From contig JASVEC010000110.1 of assembly GCA_030770535.1 (NCBI GenBank), positions 1-53,402 of the forward strand: a DNA stretch of 53,402 nt. The letters run 5' to 3'. Each line of letters begins with the position of its first letter. Position 1 is the first letter of the stretch. A program made the position numbers and the translations under genes. The DNA is from Batkoa obscura. Its lineage: Eukaryota. The notes below the pieces were generated by a model. It was not told where the DNA came from. It saw only the letters and a list, made by a program, of their open reading frames with translations, and ran no database searches. Shown here one piece after another: positions 1 to 13,139 of the stretch.

Positions 1-8
1 TTTTTTAC

Positions 9-83
9 AGGTTTAGGAAATGAAACAAAAATTAAAGCAGTTTAAGGTTTTAGGAAATGAAACAAAAATTAAAGCAGTTTAAG
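9..83. repeat. Short tandem duplication (~38 bp x2)
   Basis: aggtt(t)taggaaatgaaacaaaaattaaagcagttta occurs twice in tandem. Confidence 0.85.
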
Positions 84-219
84 TTAAACCATAGAATTAA
101 ACTGAAGCTTAAACCTAGAATTTAAAAAGCAATAGGGGGTAAAAGAACTAAAAAGTAAGGGTGAAAATGTAAAAAAACTATAAATTGATAACAATCCTGA
201 AATCAACAAAATACACAAA

Positions 220-611
220 ATGGTCAAAAATTATTTTACTATACTCTTAATTGCTTTATTAATCGCTCTTCAAACAACTAATGCTAAAGCCTTAGAATCT
301 GATCTAACCATCAGTTCAGACACCTCATTACTTTCTCCAACGACAAGAGACTTGGACGTAATTACTAAAACTAGTTTATCGCCCTTCAAACAGATTCGAC
401 TAATACTGTAGCAACAGGTTCTGCTAAAAGTGTAACGCCTATTACTCTTACCACAGCAGCTCAGATCTCCACTACCGCTACTTCAAAACAGAGTGTTAGT
501 ATGAAGACTACTAGCAGTAAGGCTAGTGAAGCTTATGGATTAAGAAGTATATATAATATCTATATAGTTGTCTTGGTGGTGTTGATGAATTTAGTATGTA
601 TTTGGCTTTAA
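220..611 (+). CDS. Small secreted Ser/Thr-rich, probably GPI-anchored surface protein (one frameshift near 380-385)
   Basis: Signal peptide MVKNYFTILLIALLIALQTTNA. After a 1-nt shift the frame continues LQTDSTNTVATGSAKSVTPITLTTAAQISTTATS...YIVVLVVLMNLVCIWL* (TAA 609-611), with a hydrophobic C-terminus. Confidence 0.6.
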
Positions 612-637
612 AATAAAAATTAATTTGAATATCATTT

Positions 638-732
638 GGAGATGTTTTTTTTGACTTCATCACTTTTTCCATTTTTAACACTATTTAAGTAGAAAAATTG
701 TTAGTAAAATTTTTAAAAACAAAATATATCCC
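638..732 (+). mobile_element. ~99-bp MITE copy (diverged)
   Basis: Aligns by eye to the family consensus GGGAGTGTTTTTTTGACTTCAT...AAAAATACATCCCC. Confidence 0.7.
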
Positions 733-3700
733 TATTTGTTTTCTAAATTAGGTAACTTATTTTCAAGTTATTTAAATTGTTGTCAATATAGTAGTTCTCC
801 TTTTATGATGGTGATAAAACTGATATTTGTATTTTGATTATTTACTAAAGTTAAATTAGGTTGTTATTTCAGTATAAAATTTATTGTTAATAATGTAATA
901 ATTCAGACTGCTTCTGTAGCAATGAAATTTGTAATTGATTCTTTAAATTTCGAAAAAATAAAAATTTAACTCAAATTGGATAGGCATAATTGGGATAAAT
1001 CATCTTATTAACTAACATCATGCTCCTTTAAACTCGAAAGATGAATTACTATAAATAAAGATATAAACATTAATATTATACAATTAAACCTTCACCAGAC
1101 CACTGTAGCCTCATCCATTTCTTATAAGATATATCCTACCTCGAATTTAAAATAAAAGAACAGCGCCAAAAATGGAAATATTACATTCTCTTAAATAACT
1201 CAACTCTTTTATCAATACAACTTTTCAGGATTTGGAAATAAATTGCCACAAATAAAAAATCAAGTAATGTGAATCCAGTTCTTGAAATTTAAAGTAGTTT
1301 TTAAAATAAGATAGAATCTACTGTGGAGATTATTTTAATACCAACAAGATCTTTTTTGATATTAGAAAATCAGATACAGGTCAATTAATGAGTTAATAAA
1401 AAAGAGCTGTTATATATTCCAATAAAATTATTATTGACTATGTATTAAAAGTCCTCAATTATCAATTGAAGCATGTTTCACTCAAAGGTGCAGAGTGGTA
1501 GCTCCCGACGTATGTCTAATTTAAGAAAAGATGTTCAAGGATAAAAGTTGTAACTATGACACATTCAACTCTAAGCTCTTCCATAAAAGATATCAGGTAA
1601 GTCTAAAGTAACATAAACTTTCCATTAATAAGAGGGAAAGGATATATAATTATGCGAGAATTTAGGGTATCTCAAGTTATGACACATTGATTATAAATAG
1701 GTGGGGGTCACATATAGAATTGTAGTGATAGGTATGAGTTTCCAATTTGAGACGAACTTGTCAGATTTTTAATTTGATTTAGTGAAACATAGAATAAGTC
1801 AACTATTAATCTTTAAGTTTTTAAAGTAACTAATTAAAATTAACTTGAGAATGAGCTAATAAAGTCTAATTTATCATGGACTATAATATAATAGTGCTTG
1901 TTATAGAAATCCATAAAATTCCCAATGGAAATTCATACTCCACATATTTAAATATAAATAAAAACATCAAAGTAATTTAATGCTAATATAAAATAACACA
2001 ATTTTTTATGTTATAAAAAAGAAAATTTAGTTTTCTAATAAGCTAAATTTCATCAATACGTAATTAAGAACCCAACTCATTTCCAATTTACCAAATATAT
2101 CTAAGAACTCAACTTCAAATATTGGAATCCATAAAGTCAAATTTTCAAGTTTAAATAATTGGCAAGTTAAGAATATCCACCATGGTTATGAATAGATACA
2201 ATTATTGATTATGATCAAACTAAAATTCCATTTTTGGTATTTTTATCAGAATCGATATGATTTTTATTTCTTGTTCTATATATTCAATTGCTATCTATGG
2301 ACAACTGTTTGAAATTTCCCATCTTAACCGGCATGGTAATGCTAGTCATTGTCTCTTTGAGTAACTAATTTTAAATCTATGAATAATTTGGCTTTCTGAC
2401 TTAACTCCTCAGCTTCTAGGAATCATTATCTAGTTTTATAGATGCCTTTCGAACCAAAAACCGCTGTCTCATGGTATAATATATGGCTATTTTCTTGTCT
2501 AGTTTGAGAATCTTCTTAATATTAGCCATTGTCATTAAGATAAAATTAGTGCTTATCTATAAGATTGATATTGTTTAAAAAATAGAAATAGGGTATTGAG
2601 TTGGATCCATCTTAATTATTTTGATGGTCTATTTGTCCTCACTTGGTAAATTACTGTTTTAGTTTATGTATGAATAGACAATAACTATCGTTTATTCTAG
2701 AAACTAGTCTGCTTGGCTAATTGAAGCTACTGGATGCTGCCTTATTAGTGGAAATGAAGTTTTTTCTGACGTATTTAACTTCAAAGGGAACAGTTTGGTG
2801 GAATCATATACTTAATATATTATTTGTTTGCTCGTGTATTGGTTTTAATACATATCGCTTATTAATTAAAAACGAAAATCAACTACATCAAATTTAGTAA
2901 GATGAAAATGGTTCTGAAAGACTTAAAAGGTTTTAAAAAGGAGGCGCTTAGGATGTAGTTTAATTTTATTATTTTGAAAATATAAAGATAATAATTTTAT
3001 TTAGGTTATCACACCACATTGTAATGATCGTTGGTAGTATTGAGGTATTTATGAGCCGATCAATTTGTAATTTCGAAAATCATAAGCCTGGTATGCAACT
3101 AGTTTCATTTATCTCATTACTGCTTTAGTATTAAAACTTAACTTCATTACTTTCTCAAATGATCACATTGTATACCCATAGTATATATAAACTTATTAGG
3201 GATGCTCTTCGGCGTTCAAGCATTAGTATGATTCAACTGATTGTTTTTATAAAAGGGGTGAGTTTATTGCTTCACTAAACAACAGTGATGAGGACTCAAG
3301 CTTGATTGCTACTTTATAAAAAGCTAGCTGTTATGTATAAAAGGTCTACGAACCTCTCAAATATGGTTTCACAATCGGCTATACTATAGCTAATTACATT
3401 GCTTACTATATCCTCTAACCTTTTTACTTTAAATTTTATGCTTATTTTTCACACTTTTAAATAATAAATATATACTACAAAGGACTAATTTTTTACGACA
3501 AAGTTAATCTTTGATCTTCCAATGTTGTACTATCAACATTTAAAAAAATCTAGTGAAAAGTAAACGTTTTGTTTAAATACAATAATAGCTACAAGTATAA
3601 TCAGGAGCATTTATAAATTGTTTTAATATATAATATAACCTTTTGTATCAATATTTGGGTAAAAATCTATTAACCCACAAATCATAGTCTAAACCAATGT

Positions 3701-4270
3701 GTTAATAAAAGATACGTCCAGTTATTAATCGGGTCTATGGAGTAATAGTTAATGCCTAGTACTTTGATTCTTATAATCCGAGCTTGATTCTTGGTAGGTT
3801 TTTGAAATATAGTATAGCCTTTATTATTTTTAAATCAAGAGTACATCAGCTATATTAATTGCATTACAGTTTTTTAAGAGCATTACATAAACTATCTAGT
3901 TCCTGTCAGTGAGGATTGGTTACAGTGTTGTTTACTAGATACACTCTTTAAGTCAAAATATCTAAAAGTATTTTACATATTTACGCTATGAAAGCTATAG
4001 TATTATTCATTTACCTTCTAATATTTATATCCTTACTTCTAAAATTTTTTAATTAAAGTTAGAATACAAATCCACTTGATACATTGTGGACATTTAAAAG
4101 GAGCTTTTTCAGTTTAGAAAAACGTCTTTAGCTTACACATTAAAACGAAACTTAAAATCTTATTTAAATGCCTCTTAAAATTACTAACGACTAATATCTT
4201 TAGATGGTTTATGTATTATTAAAAGATAATGAAGCAATATCAGATTACTTAAAATAATTTTTAATAAGAA

Positions 4271-5424
4271 TTAAGAACTATTGGGTTCCTCAATTTCAAT
4301 GGTTTCAGGGCTTTGGCCAAGGGAATTATTACTATCAGTTTGCTCCTTATCTTCATTCTCAGTACCATTAATTTTATCTGATTTATTAGCATTAAACATG
4401 GATAATTGCCAAGCAGGGATGGATTTTTTGATTGGTTTTTCTGACTTTTCTGGCTCTAAGCTATTCGAATGAATAGTATTAAAGCTATTACTCCTGTGGA
4501 TGTTTTCATTATCTGGCGTGCTGTCCTTATTTAAAAACTTGTTCAAACTATTTTTCAAATTCGTCAGTTCAAGCTTCAAATCTTCAATCATTGCTTTTTG
4601 ACTTTGATGGGAAAGATCAAATGTTTCTGGTATCTTTTTTTTTACATTTTCTATTTCTTCCCATAGTTTTTCCATATCTAGATATCTGCTTTGGTCTTGA
4701 TCCTTTAAATTTTTTAATGTGGTATTTAATTCCTTTAAGCTTTCCTCCACTTTAACATTCTGCTCTTGAATACTCTTCAAATTCCCTTCAGTATCTTGCT
4801 TTAGCTCACTTATAGCCTTAAACGCTTCTTCATATTGTGAATCCAACTCTTTCTTTTCTCTTTCATATAATTCATCATCACTATCAATAAATAATGGTGC
4901 TATAAATGTCTTCAATTGTTATTAATTAATTTCTATTCTTAAAATTTAACTATTACCTTAGTTAATCCATAAATAGAATAAGCTACTGCCCCAGTAACTG
5001 CGGAGGCCTTGAAATATTCCAACCAGGACATTGATTTTGGAGGCAAAGCTGGAGGCATTGAAGAATAGGAAGGAAGTGGTGGGGCAAGATGGTGAGTAGG
5101 TTTAACATCTTGAGGCTGACCTTGAGATTGATTTTGAGGCTTAGTTGGTTTGTTAGAGGCATTGGCCCTAGCCAAAGCTTCTTGAATCTCAATATTAGTT
5201 AAACCTTTGGACTCTAAAAATGCTACTTTTTTATTCAAACTGCTCTTTTTTACATTTTTATCTGTTAGAAAGTTTACTGCTGAATCAATTAATTCTTCTC
5301 GAATATCATCATCAATGCTCGAATCCTTTATTTCAGCTTCGACCTTTGTGCTTATTTCAGGGTTGATCACCTTAGTCTCTACTTTTTTTTCTTCTACACG
5401 TTCAAGAACTTTATTTTCTTCCAT
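4271..5424 (-). CDS. PEX14: Peroxisomal membrane docking protein Pex14 (2 exons; intron 4910-4956)
   Basis: Pex14 N-terminal motif IREELIDSAVNFL..KVAFLESKGLTNIEIQEAL, Pro-rich linker, hydrophobic segment, then coiled coil in exon 2. A GT-AG intron joins GLTK to TFIAPL in frame. Confidence 0.9.
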
Positions 5425-5687
5425 ATTTTAAACTAAAAGTCAAACAAATTTCTGATGATGTCCTTATATTTTAGCAAAAGGTAATTATATCCCTCAATTT
5501 CATCCAATCACGCTCAAGCCTTCTTTCCTTATTTTCATTAGTCATTTGATATTCTATCACTAATGTAAAAAGAACAAGAATGAAGTGTAATGAAAATAAT
5601 TGGTTGCTCAGATTTTTCGTAAATGCTGTGTTATAAAATTTAATAAGCATAAGTTTGAGCACTAAGTTGTTTTGATAAAATTAAAAA

Positions 5688-6645
5688 ATGGTAACTTATA
5701 AGTTTGGGCCATACAATGGCAATGAGGAGCAAGGTAGTAAGGATAATACGGGTTTACCAACTTATGAAGAAGCAATAAAACAAGGAATACAAACACCTTT
5801 AAAGATTGAAAACTCACTTTCTCATGCTACGGAAAAATTGGGAAATTTAGGTCCAAATTATCCACCAAGTTATACGCCAGTGCCAAAGGATATTGAGTTT
5901 GAGGTGTCAAAAAGAGGAATAATGTCAAGAGATCCAGTATTAAATAAAGATGAGCAGTTGTTGAAAAATTTTATCTATTCCAATAATTCCAAGCCAAAAA
6001 TGTCTATAAATATTGAAGGTAAATATATCAAATTATATATATATAATACTTATTTTTATAGGTTATAGAATGGAAAGTTATAGCGAAATTGTTTATTATC
6101 AAGAAGATGGTGAAACTAAATCAAGAACAGAATTAAGAGAAGTTAAAGAAATTGACTTTGAGTTATCATTTGATGTAAGTCAATACATTTCTGAAATAGG
6201 GATGGTTCACAATCCGAAATTGGAAGGACAAGCAGAAGAAGAAGTGAATCAGGCTATTTCACAATACATAGCATCTGAGAAATACTTAAAAGAACTCAAA
6301 GTTGTTAAAGAAGTATCATGGGATTATGAAGCGTTGACACAAGCTATAACTAATACGATACGTCGATTAGGGTACCGTAATTATATAACAGTTGAATATC
6401 CAATGGCCAATCAACGTATTAAGATACAAGAAAATAATTGGGCAAATACCTGTATCCATGATCCATACTGTAAAGTTATTCAAGTTATTTCTTGTCTTTG
6501 TGTCTTTACTTGGCCTATGGCTTATTTTTTGAAAAAGAATTACGCTGCTTCTCTAAGATCCACTTTTACAATGAATATTTCAACCAATGCTTGGTTTGAT
6601 CAAAATGTACAAGCAATTTGTGACAAAGTTTCTAATGTTTGGTAA
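5688..6645 (+). CDS. Uncharacterised fungal PY-motif protein, family A copy 1 (intron 6019-6061)
   Basis: Two ORFs joined in frame by a 43-nt GT-AG intron; LPTYEE and PPSY motifs; clear homology to three other copies in the window. Confidence 0.8.
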
Positions 6646-6822
6646 AGCTCACATTTTGGTCTTTTATGGTAATCATGTCTTATAATATGGTTTAACAAAG
6701 CAAAGTTCCTAAAGGATAATTAAATATATTTTAATAAATTATTTTAAATAACTATTTAACTTCTATTTATTTAAATTTGAAGCTGTTTATATATATTCAA
6801 ACCTCAGTAAACATTAGTTGTT

Positions 6823-6894
6823 GGTTCCATGGTGTAATGGTTAGCACCCAAGGTTTTGATCCTTGTAATCCGAGTTCGATTCTCGGTGGGACCT
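6823..6894 (+). tRNA. tRNA-Gln (anticodon TTG)
   Basis: GGTTCCA/TGGGACC acceptor stem, D-arm TGGTGTAATGGTTAGCAC, anticodon arm CAAGG-TTTTGAT-CCTTG, T-loop GTTCGAT, oligo-T Pol III terminator directly downstream. Confidence 0.95.
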
Positions 6895-7108
6895 TTTTTT
6901 TATTAAACATGAACTTTTATTCAGTTACTTGTATAGCTGATTTCTTAGTCAATCCCCTTAGTCTTCAGTGAGCTCTGTATTTAAAATTATTTTATGAAAC
7001 CAACAATTAAGCAGTACACATTAACCTGAATTATTTGTAATTATATAAGTATTGCTTTTAAGCAAATTGGTTTATAGTAATAAACATTAATAATGAGATT
7101 TAATATTT

Positions 7109-7204
7109 GGGAGTGTTTTTTTGGCTTCATTACTTTTTCCATCTTTAAGCACTATTTGAGCGGAAAATTTATTAGTAAAATTCTTAAACACAAAAAACAT
7201 CCCC
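7109..7204 (+). mobile_element. ~99-bp MITE copy
   Basis: GGGAGTGTTTTT...AAAACATCCCC, matches consensus. Confidence 0.85.
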
Positions 7205-7419
7205 ATCTATCCTCAGTTAAGATTACCACTTTAAAACTAAAGGTTTGGGTAGTATTTTTATATGTTTGGTTTTTAAGTTTGGTTTTTTATTGTTTAATTA
7301 AAATTCAGTAAATATATGCCTATTTAGTGAGATTTTTAAAAATAATCGCTATTGTAACCAGTAACTAAGTCAAAAAAATTATCACTCTTGAATAAAAATC
7401 AGTATTTTAAAAAATATTT

Positions 7420-7515
7420 GAGGATGTTTTTTTGGCTTCATCATTTTTTTCTTTTTTCAGCACTTTTAAGTGGAAAAATTGTTAGTAAAATTCTTAAAAG
7501 CAAAAATACATTCCC
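7420..7515 (+). mobile_element. ~99-bp MITE copy (diverged)
   Basis: Matches consensus. Confidence 0.75.
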
Positions 7516-7636
7516 ATTTTTATTAAAATTTAGTAATATAGTTGATAATTTTTATTAAAAAATAATATGAAATAATTTAATTATAAGAAAAATATCTACA
7601 GCTTATCCGTCAATTGAATCAAAACATCGACAACTA

Positions 7637-8601
7637 TCAAACTTCATAAATAATATCCTTAATATACTCAAGATTCTCTGTAAGCCAGGTGTTTACTGAG
7701 ATATCCATTTCAAAAGTGGATACCAATTGATTACCATATTCTTTTTTATAGATCATTGACAAAGGCCAAGTAACAATAAATAAACAAGATACAATATTGA
7801 AAGCTATATAAAACGGATTATTGATACAAGTATTAACCAAATTGTTACTTCTAACTTTAATTTGCTTTCTATTTAATCTGTAATCAATAGTAACAGTGCG
7901 GGGATAGCCGCTCATTCTTATTAATTTTTTAATTTTTTGATTCAACTTATCATAATCCCAATTTACTCTCTTTATTATTTTAAGTTCCTTTAACTTTGCT
8001 TCTGAATTAATATAATTTTTAATCTCTTGTTCTAATTCTTGTTCCAAGTTTATATATTTATCTGGATTGTGTATCTTGCCCTTTGGTGATATAAATGATG
8101 TTAAATCAAATTCTTTTGCAAAATCTATTATATCACGCGTTTTCTCTACATAACGTTCTCTTCTTACTTTATTTTCATAGTAAGTCTCAGTGGTATAATA
8201 TGTTTCTTTATGGGTCCCTAGGATAAAATATAAAATTAGCATCTGTAAGCCATTAATTGAATATAGTTACCTTGGACATATATTCTCAATTCAGGTCTTA
8301 CATTGTATGTATAAATAAAGCTTTTCAATAATGAACTATCTTCATTTAACCTTTTATCTTGTGAGATTACTCCAGTATTAGAAAATTCAACTTCTAAGTC
8401 ACTTGGTAATGCTAGAAGTTCTAAATCAGGTATGACATCCTCGTTTGATTCAGTTGATCCCTTAATACCTTTTTTATTATTATCTGCTAAGACTTTAGAC
8501 GTACATCCAATTACTTCTTCATAAGTTGGTAAATCTATATGTTTACTACAACAAGCTATCTCTCCTTCGTTTATCTTTGAAATATTTTCATTGGAAATCA
8601 T
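7637..8601 (-). CDS. Family A copy 2 (intron 8218-8270; possible in-frame intron 8421-8468)
   Basis: LPTYEE; SQDKRLNED..LLKSFIYTYN; intron at the same Gly as copy 1; LKELK..VNWDY; CLFIVTWPL. Confidence 0.8.
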
Positions 8602-9018
8602 TTTTAAAAATGTAAAAATTTTTAATAGATTTTTAACACACTTTTATAGTTTAAATACATCAACTTCTATTTTCCAAAGTTTGAATGAATTACGCAGTAA
8701 CAGAAAACTGATCATTTGATTATTTATATTAACCGATAAACTCATTAAGAGCTAGTTAATTTAGAATAATGAGGCACTACCAAATACAATAAAAAATCTT
8801 TTGTTTTTAAAGTATAAATACTTTGTATATATAGTCATATAATTTATAAGAGTAATTATCTATTAATTAAAATAACATAATAGAATACCTAATGTTTTAT
8901 TATAAAAAGAAAGCATCAAGATAACTTCAATTATATAAAGAAAAAATGGAAATAAATGAAGGATAATAGTTGATTAATAATTTATCAATAATTATTATTA
9001 TTATATTATTATAACTCT

Positions 9019-9956
9019 TTAAATCTCATAAATAATCTCTTTAATATCAAAAAGATTTTTTTGAAACCAAGTGTTTGTTGATATATTCATAGTAAATTTG
9101 GATTTTAAACTATCGCAATAAGTTTCTTTAAAGATAGTCGATAAAGGCCAAGTAACAATGAAAGCGAGAGATACCACATTAAGTGCCACAAATAAAGGGT
9201 TATTAATAAATGTGTTGATCCAATTTTTTTTTCTTATAATGATTTCTTTTCTGTTAAATGTATAATAAATACAAATTTTATGTCGATAACCTTCCATTCT
9301 TAATACTTTTTTGATTTTTTTAGCTAATAAATCATAACCCCATATCACTTCTTTTATGAGTTTGAATTCTTTTAATGTAGCTTCTGATTGAATATAATTA
9401 TTAATTTCTTGTTCTAATTTGAACTCTGAGTCCTCAGCTCTATTTGTACTATAGATTTCACCCCTTTGTGATATATAATTCGTTAAATCAAATACTTTAC
9501 TAAAATCAATTATATGTCTAGTCATCTTTACTTGTCGTTCTTTTTTTTCATTATTTTCATAATAAACTTCAGTGGCTTCATAACTTTCTTTACGTTCTCC
9601 TAGATTAATATTTAAAAATTACTATCTGTAGAAAATTAAAATTATGATAATTACCTTTAATAATAATTTTCATTTCAGGTTTAACATTATGTGTATAGAT
9701 AAAGTTTTTTAATAAGATAGCATCTTGATTTAATCGTTCATCATGAGATAATACCCCACTCTGTGAGATTTCAATCTCTAAATCAGTTGGTAGTGAATGA
9801 GATTCTAAGTTATTATGTTATTAATTGCTTGCTCTGATTATTTATTCATATCTGCTTACCGTTACTTTCGGTAAATTCAAGGCTTTCTTCAATTACTTGT
9901 TCATAAGTTGGTAAGCCGGAATATTCGTTGGAACAAACTACTTCTTCTAAACCCAT
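9019..9956 (-). CDS. Family A copy 3 (introns 9805-9859 and 9600-9654)
   Basis: Manual splicing gives an open frame MGLEEVVC..LPTYEQ..ESHSLPTDLEIEISQSG..IKGERKESYEAT.. running into the 9019-9525 ORF. Confidence 0.75.
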
Positions 9957-11475
9957 AGTTGTAATATCTTTATTGAAAATTGTTTCAAGATGATTTTAAT
10001 TAAAAAGAAATATTATTAATTTTGTCTGTCTTTATAATAAATTTAATTGCCAAGAGTTTGAAGTCAATTTGCGCAGCAGAATAGTATATCATTCTTTACT
10101 GTTTTTGGAAGATTTCCGATAATATGGAGAATGAATTTATCTTAAGGTATTGAATCAACTATATAAACAAGCTTATCAAGTTTGATTTTATAATTGACTC
10201 AAAGTTTCCTTTAACTACTAACTTTGACTTTGAAATCAAATAAATTTTAAATTTAAACTCATTTCTTGAGATATATCCATAGTACTATAAGATAGGAATA
10301 TACTCTGTTTGGTTAGTTAAATTTACTTTAGTAGCATCTTACCTTTTAAGTTTCAAATTGATATATGAGCGTAATTTTGAATACCTTACGCGAACTTCAA
10401 TAATTCAGATGGACCAGAACTCAATAGTATAAATATAATTTATATAAGTTTCCAATGATTAAGGTTTATATTCAATGTAGTTATTAGAGTAGCAACAGTT
10501 ATTTTAGATAAAAAGCAGCTATAAATGAAACTAAAAAGAAAGCAATCTCAGTCAAAAACATAGCATGGGGATCTTTAACATAAGATTCAACTACTGAACC
10601 TTTAACCTCTGGGGCTAAACTTTGGATATAAGTTGAAGAATAAAGTAATACCTTAGTGTTGATAATTGGTGTATTTTTAGCTAATGGAGAGGTTAATACA
10701 TTTTGATATGTTTTCTAATACTATGACTCCTATTATGTCACCTGATAATTGTGAAAAACTAGTCATTGAAGTTACAATAACTGTATCTCTCATATCTACA
10801 GCAGCTTTTAATGCAATTGTATTAACTTGAATACAAAGACTAATACTTGATATAATTAAAGAAGAAAGAATAATCAATTCAGATTTTGAGATACCAACTT
10901 GCATTAAAGATCCCATAAGAGCAGTACCGATAATACCTATTACAGCACCATATATAGAAAAAGGACGATAAATACCTGTTTTAGCAATAGCAGCATCAGT
11001 ACCAATAGACATAGAAACTGCATCTAATATAATAACTGATAGCTCCAAACCTGAACCAATATCTGATTTCCATATACAATTCGATAATATAAGGGTAAAT
11101 AAACAACCATTGAAAATAGCATATGGGGTTGTCCGGATTGGTTTCAGAGTTTACTTAGAAGTTAATCCAAATTCCGAATTTTTAAATTTGTGTCTAATGT
11201 GACGGTTAAATCTAAAAAGCCTAAAATTAAATATCTTTATTTAAAACTTATTTTAGTTATTTCCTTTTCTTAAATAGCTAATTTTTCTAATTATATATTT
11301 CGTGTTGTTTCTGTTAGATATTTAATAGATATTTAATATATAAATACATGATTATATGATTATATGATTATATAAATACACTTATTTGACTTTATTTTTT
11401 GTCGAAATAAAAATAAAATGCAAACTTTCATAACTAAACTTCGAAATCAAATTTTTGAAAATTTCAATACAATAG

Positions 11476-11939
11476 TGTGAAATGTCGCTTTGTCAGTCCC
11501 ATGGTTAATTATAACATAACAATCGCCTAAGCTGTTGTGTTCTCGAGCTCAGAGGAAATCAATCCCATGTTCTTATTTTGATTTGTTATGAGAATTTCTA
11601 GTTCCATCCAAAAGAATATTATCTTCTCATTTTGATATTTATACTTTTCAGGGTATAAAAGAGTTTAAAGAGTATAATAGTTCGAGGCTTTTTAACTGAA
11701 TTATTCCCTGATATCTCGAACATTTAATAAAGCCACTAAGTTTTCTTAATAGTATTTTACATAGGTTTTACATTAGTATTGTCTATTCTATTTGTCTTAT
11801 ATAGCTTGTAACCTATTACGTGCTATTCCTCATAATCCAAGTCTATCTTAGTCACATAAACTAAGACCTTTCGACTTATAGTGTAGTCAGCCCACCAATA
11901 GCTGTTCTTGACTCCAAACCCTGAGTACCAGATTTCACA
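11476..11939 (+). mobile_element. Probable solo LTR (464 bp)
   Basis: TGTGAAAT...ATTTCACA ends, 4-bp TSD ATAG, internal TATAAAA then AATAAA; homologous inverted copy at 17858-18302. Confidence 0.75.
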
Positions 11940-13040
11940 ATAGGGAGGAATACACAATATAAACATTGTAATTCATTTACATCAATTTTAAGAGCTACTT
12001 ATAATAACCCAAGGTTTATGGAATTTTATAATAAAACAAAACAAAGAAAAGATATATTATGAAAATTTACTATCGATAATAATAAGCTTAATCAAGCAAA
12101 GTATAAAATTAGTGCTTTAGGGAAAACAGGAAATAAAAATCAACAAGCAGTGCTACTATTAACTATAGCTTCAGTATATTCTTTTGATGAGTGTAAAAGT
12201 TTTGGGCTCAATAGAAATAGAAATCAATATGATTATTCAAAAACAAGTAATAATAATCAAATATCAACATTACAATCTATTATTAAAAATACAAAAAAAA
12301 TTAAAGATGACCAAATTGAAACTATTATACAGTATTTACTAAATGATTCAACTATTTCATCAAGATTTAATAAAAAAAATAATGATAATAAATATTCATC
12401 AAATAATATATATATTAAACAAAAGTAGAAGAATGATACATAGCAAACATTTTAATGATTTAAAAGATAAAGCGGTAGCTAGGTCAACATTTTTTAAATA
12501 TGTACCAAGTAATTTCAAAAATCCAGCAAGAAAAATGGATCTATGTAATACATGTGCCCAGTATACAGCTAGAAAAAAGTTATTTGAAAATAAAATAAAT
12601 ATAGCAATAAAAAACAAAGCAGAGATAAAAGAAATTTTCAATGAAAAATTATATAAATTACATAAATTCTGTGTTGATACTCAAAAAAACACATTTAATG
12701 AAACTATTAAAAAATTAAATAGCAAAAGTTGTATAATAATTTTAGACTTTAAATAGAATATGAAAATAGGAACAAGACCAGATTCAATAAATTTAGATCA
12801 TTATAATAAACAAGCTATATCAGCATTAGGTTTTGGTGTTTTATACTTAAAAGATGATAAAACAATAGGCAAAGTTTACTTTGATTATTTATCTGAAATA
12901 TTGAATCACGATTTAGCATATGCAGGAGATTGTTTAATCAATTTGATCTCTACAGAGCTTCTATTTAAAAAGTTTATAAAAATTAATATATGGGCAGATA
13001 CAGGAAATGATTTTAGATCACAAGAGTTCTTACACTATAT

Positions 13041-13139
13041 GGGAGTGTCTTTTTTGACTTCATTATTTTTTCCATTTTTTAAGCGCTATTTAAGTGGAAA
13101 ATTTGTTAGTAAGATTCTTAAATACAAAAATACATCCCC
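13041..13139 (+). mobile_element. ~99-bp MITE inserted in the transposase ORF
   Basis: ATAT TSD on both sides; excision restores the frame (FLHYIFKQIH). Confidence 0.92.

Noticed and set aside
1000..4200. Possible decayed non-LTR retrotransposon on the minus strand (KVLGI-, SLLF-, KLVAY-like words)
   Set aside because: The words are isolated, not in canonical order, and there is no YADD or long ORF; I cannot support it by eye.
6777..6971. 64-aa ORF
   Set aside because: It overlaps the tRNA-Gln gene and has no coding signal.
7093..7311. Small ORFs with 'FLTSLFFPFFKRYLS'-like text (also 19249, 23344, 35352)
   Set aside because: They are chance translations of the MITE.
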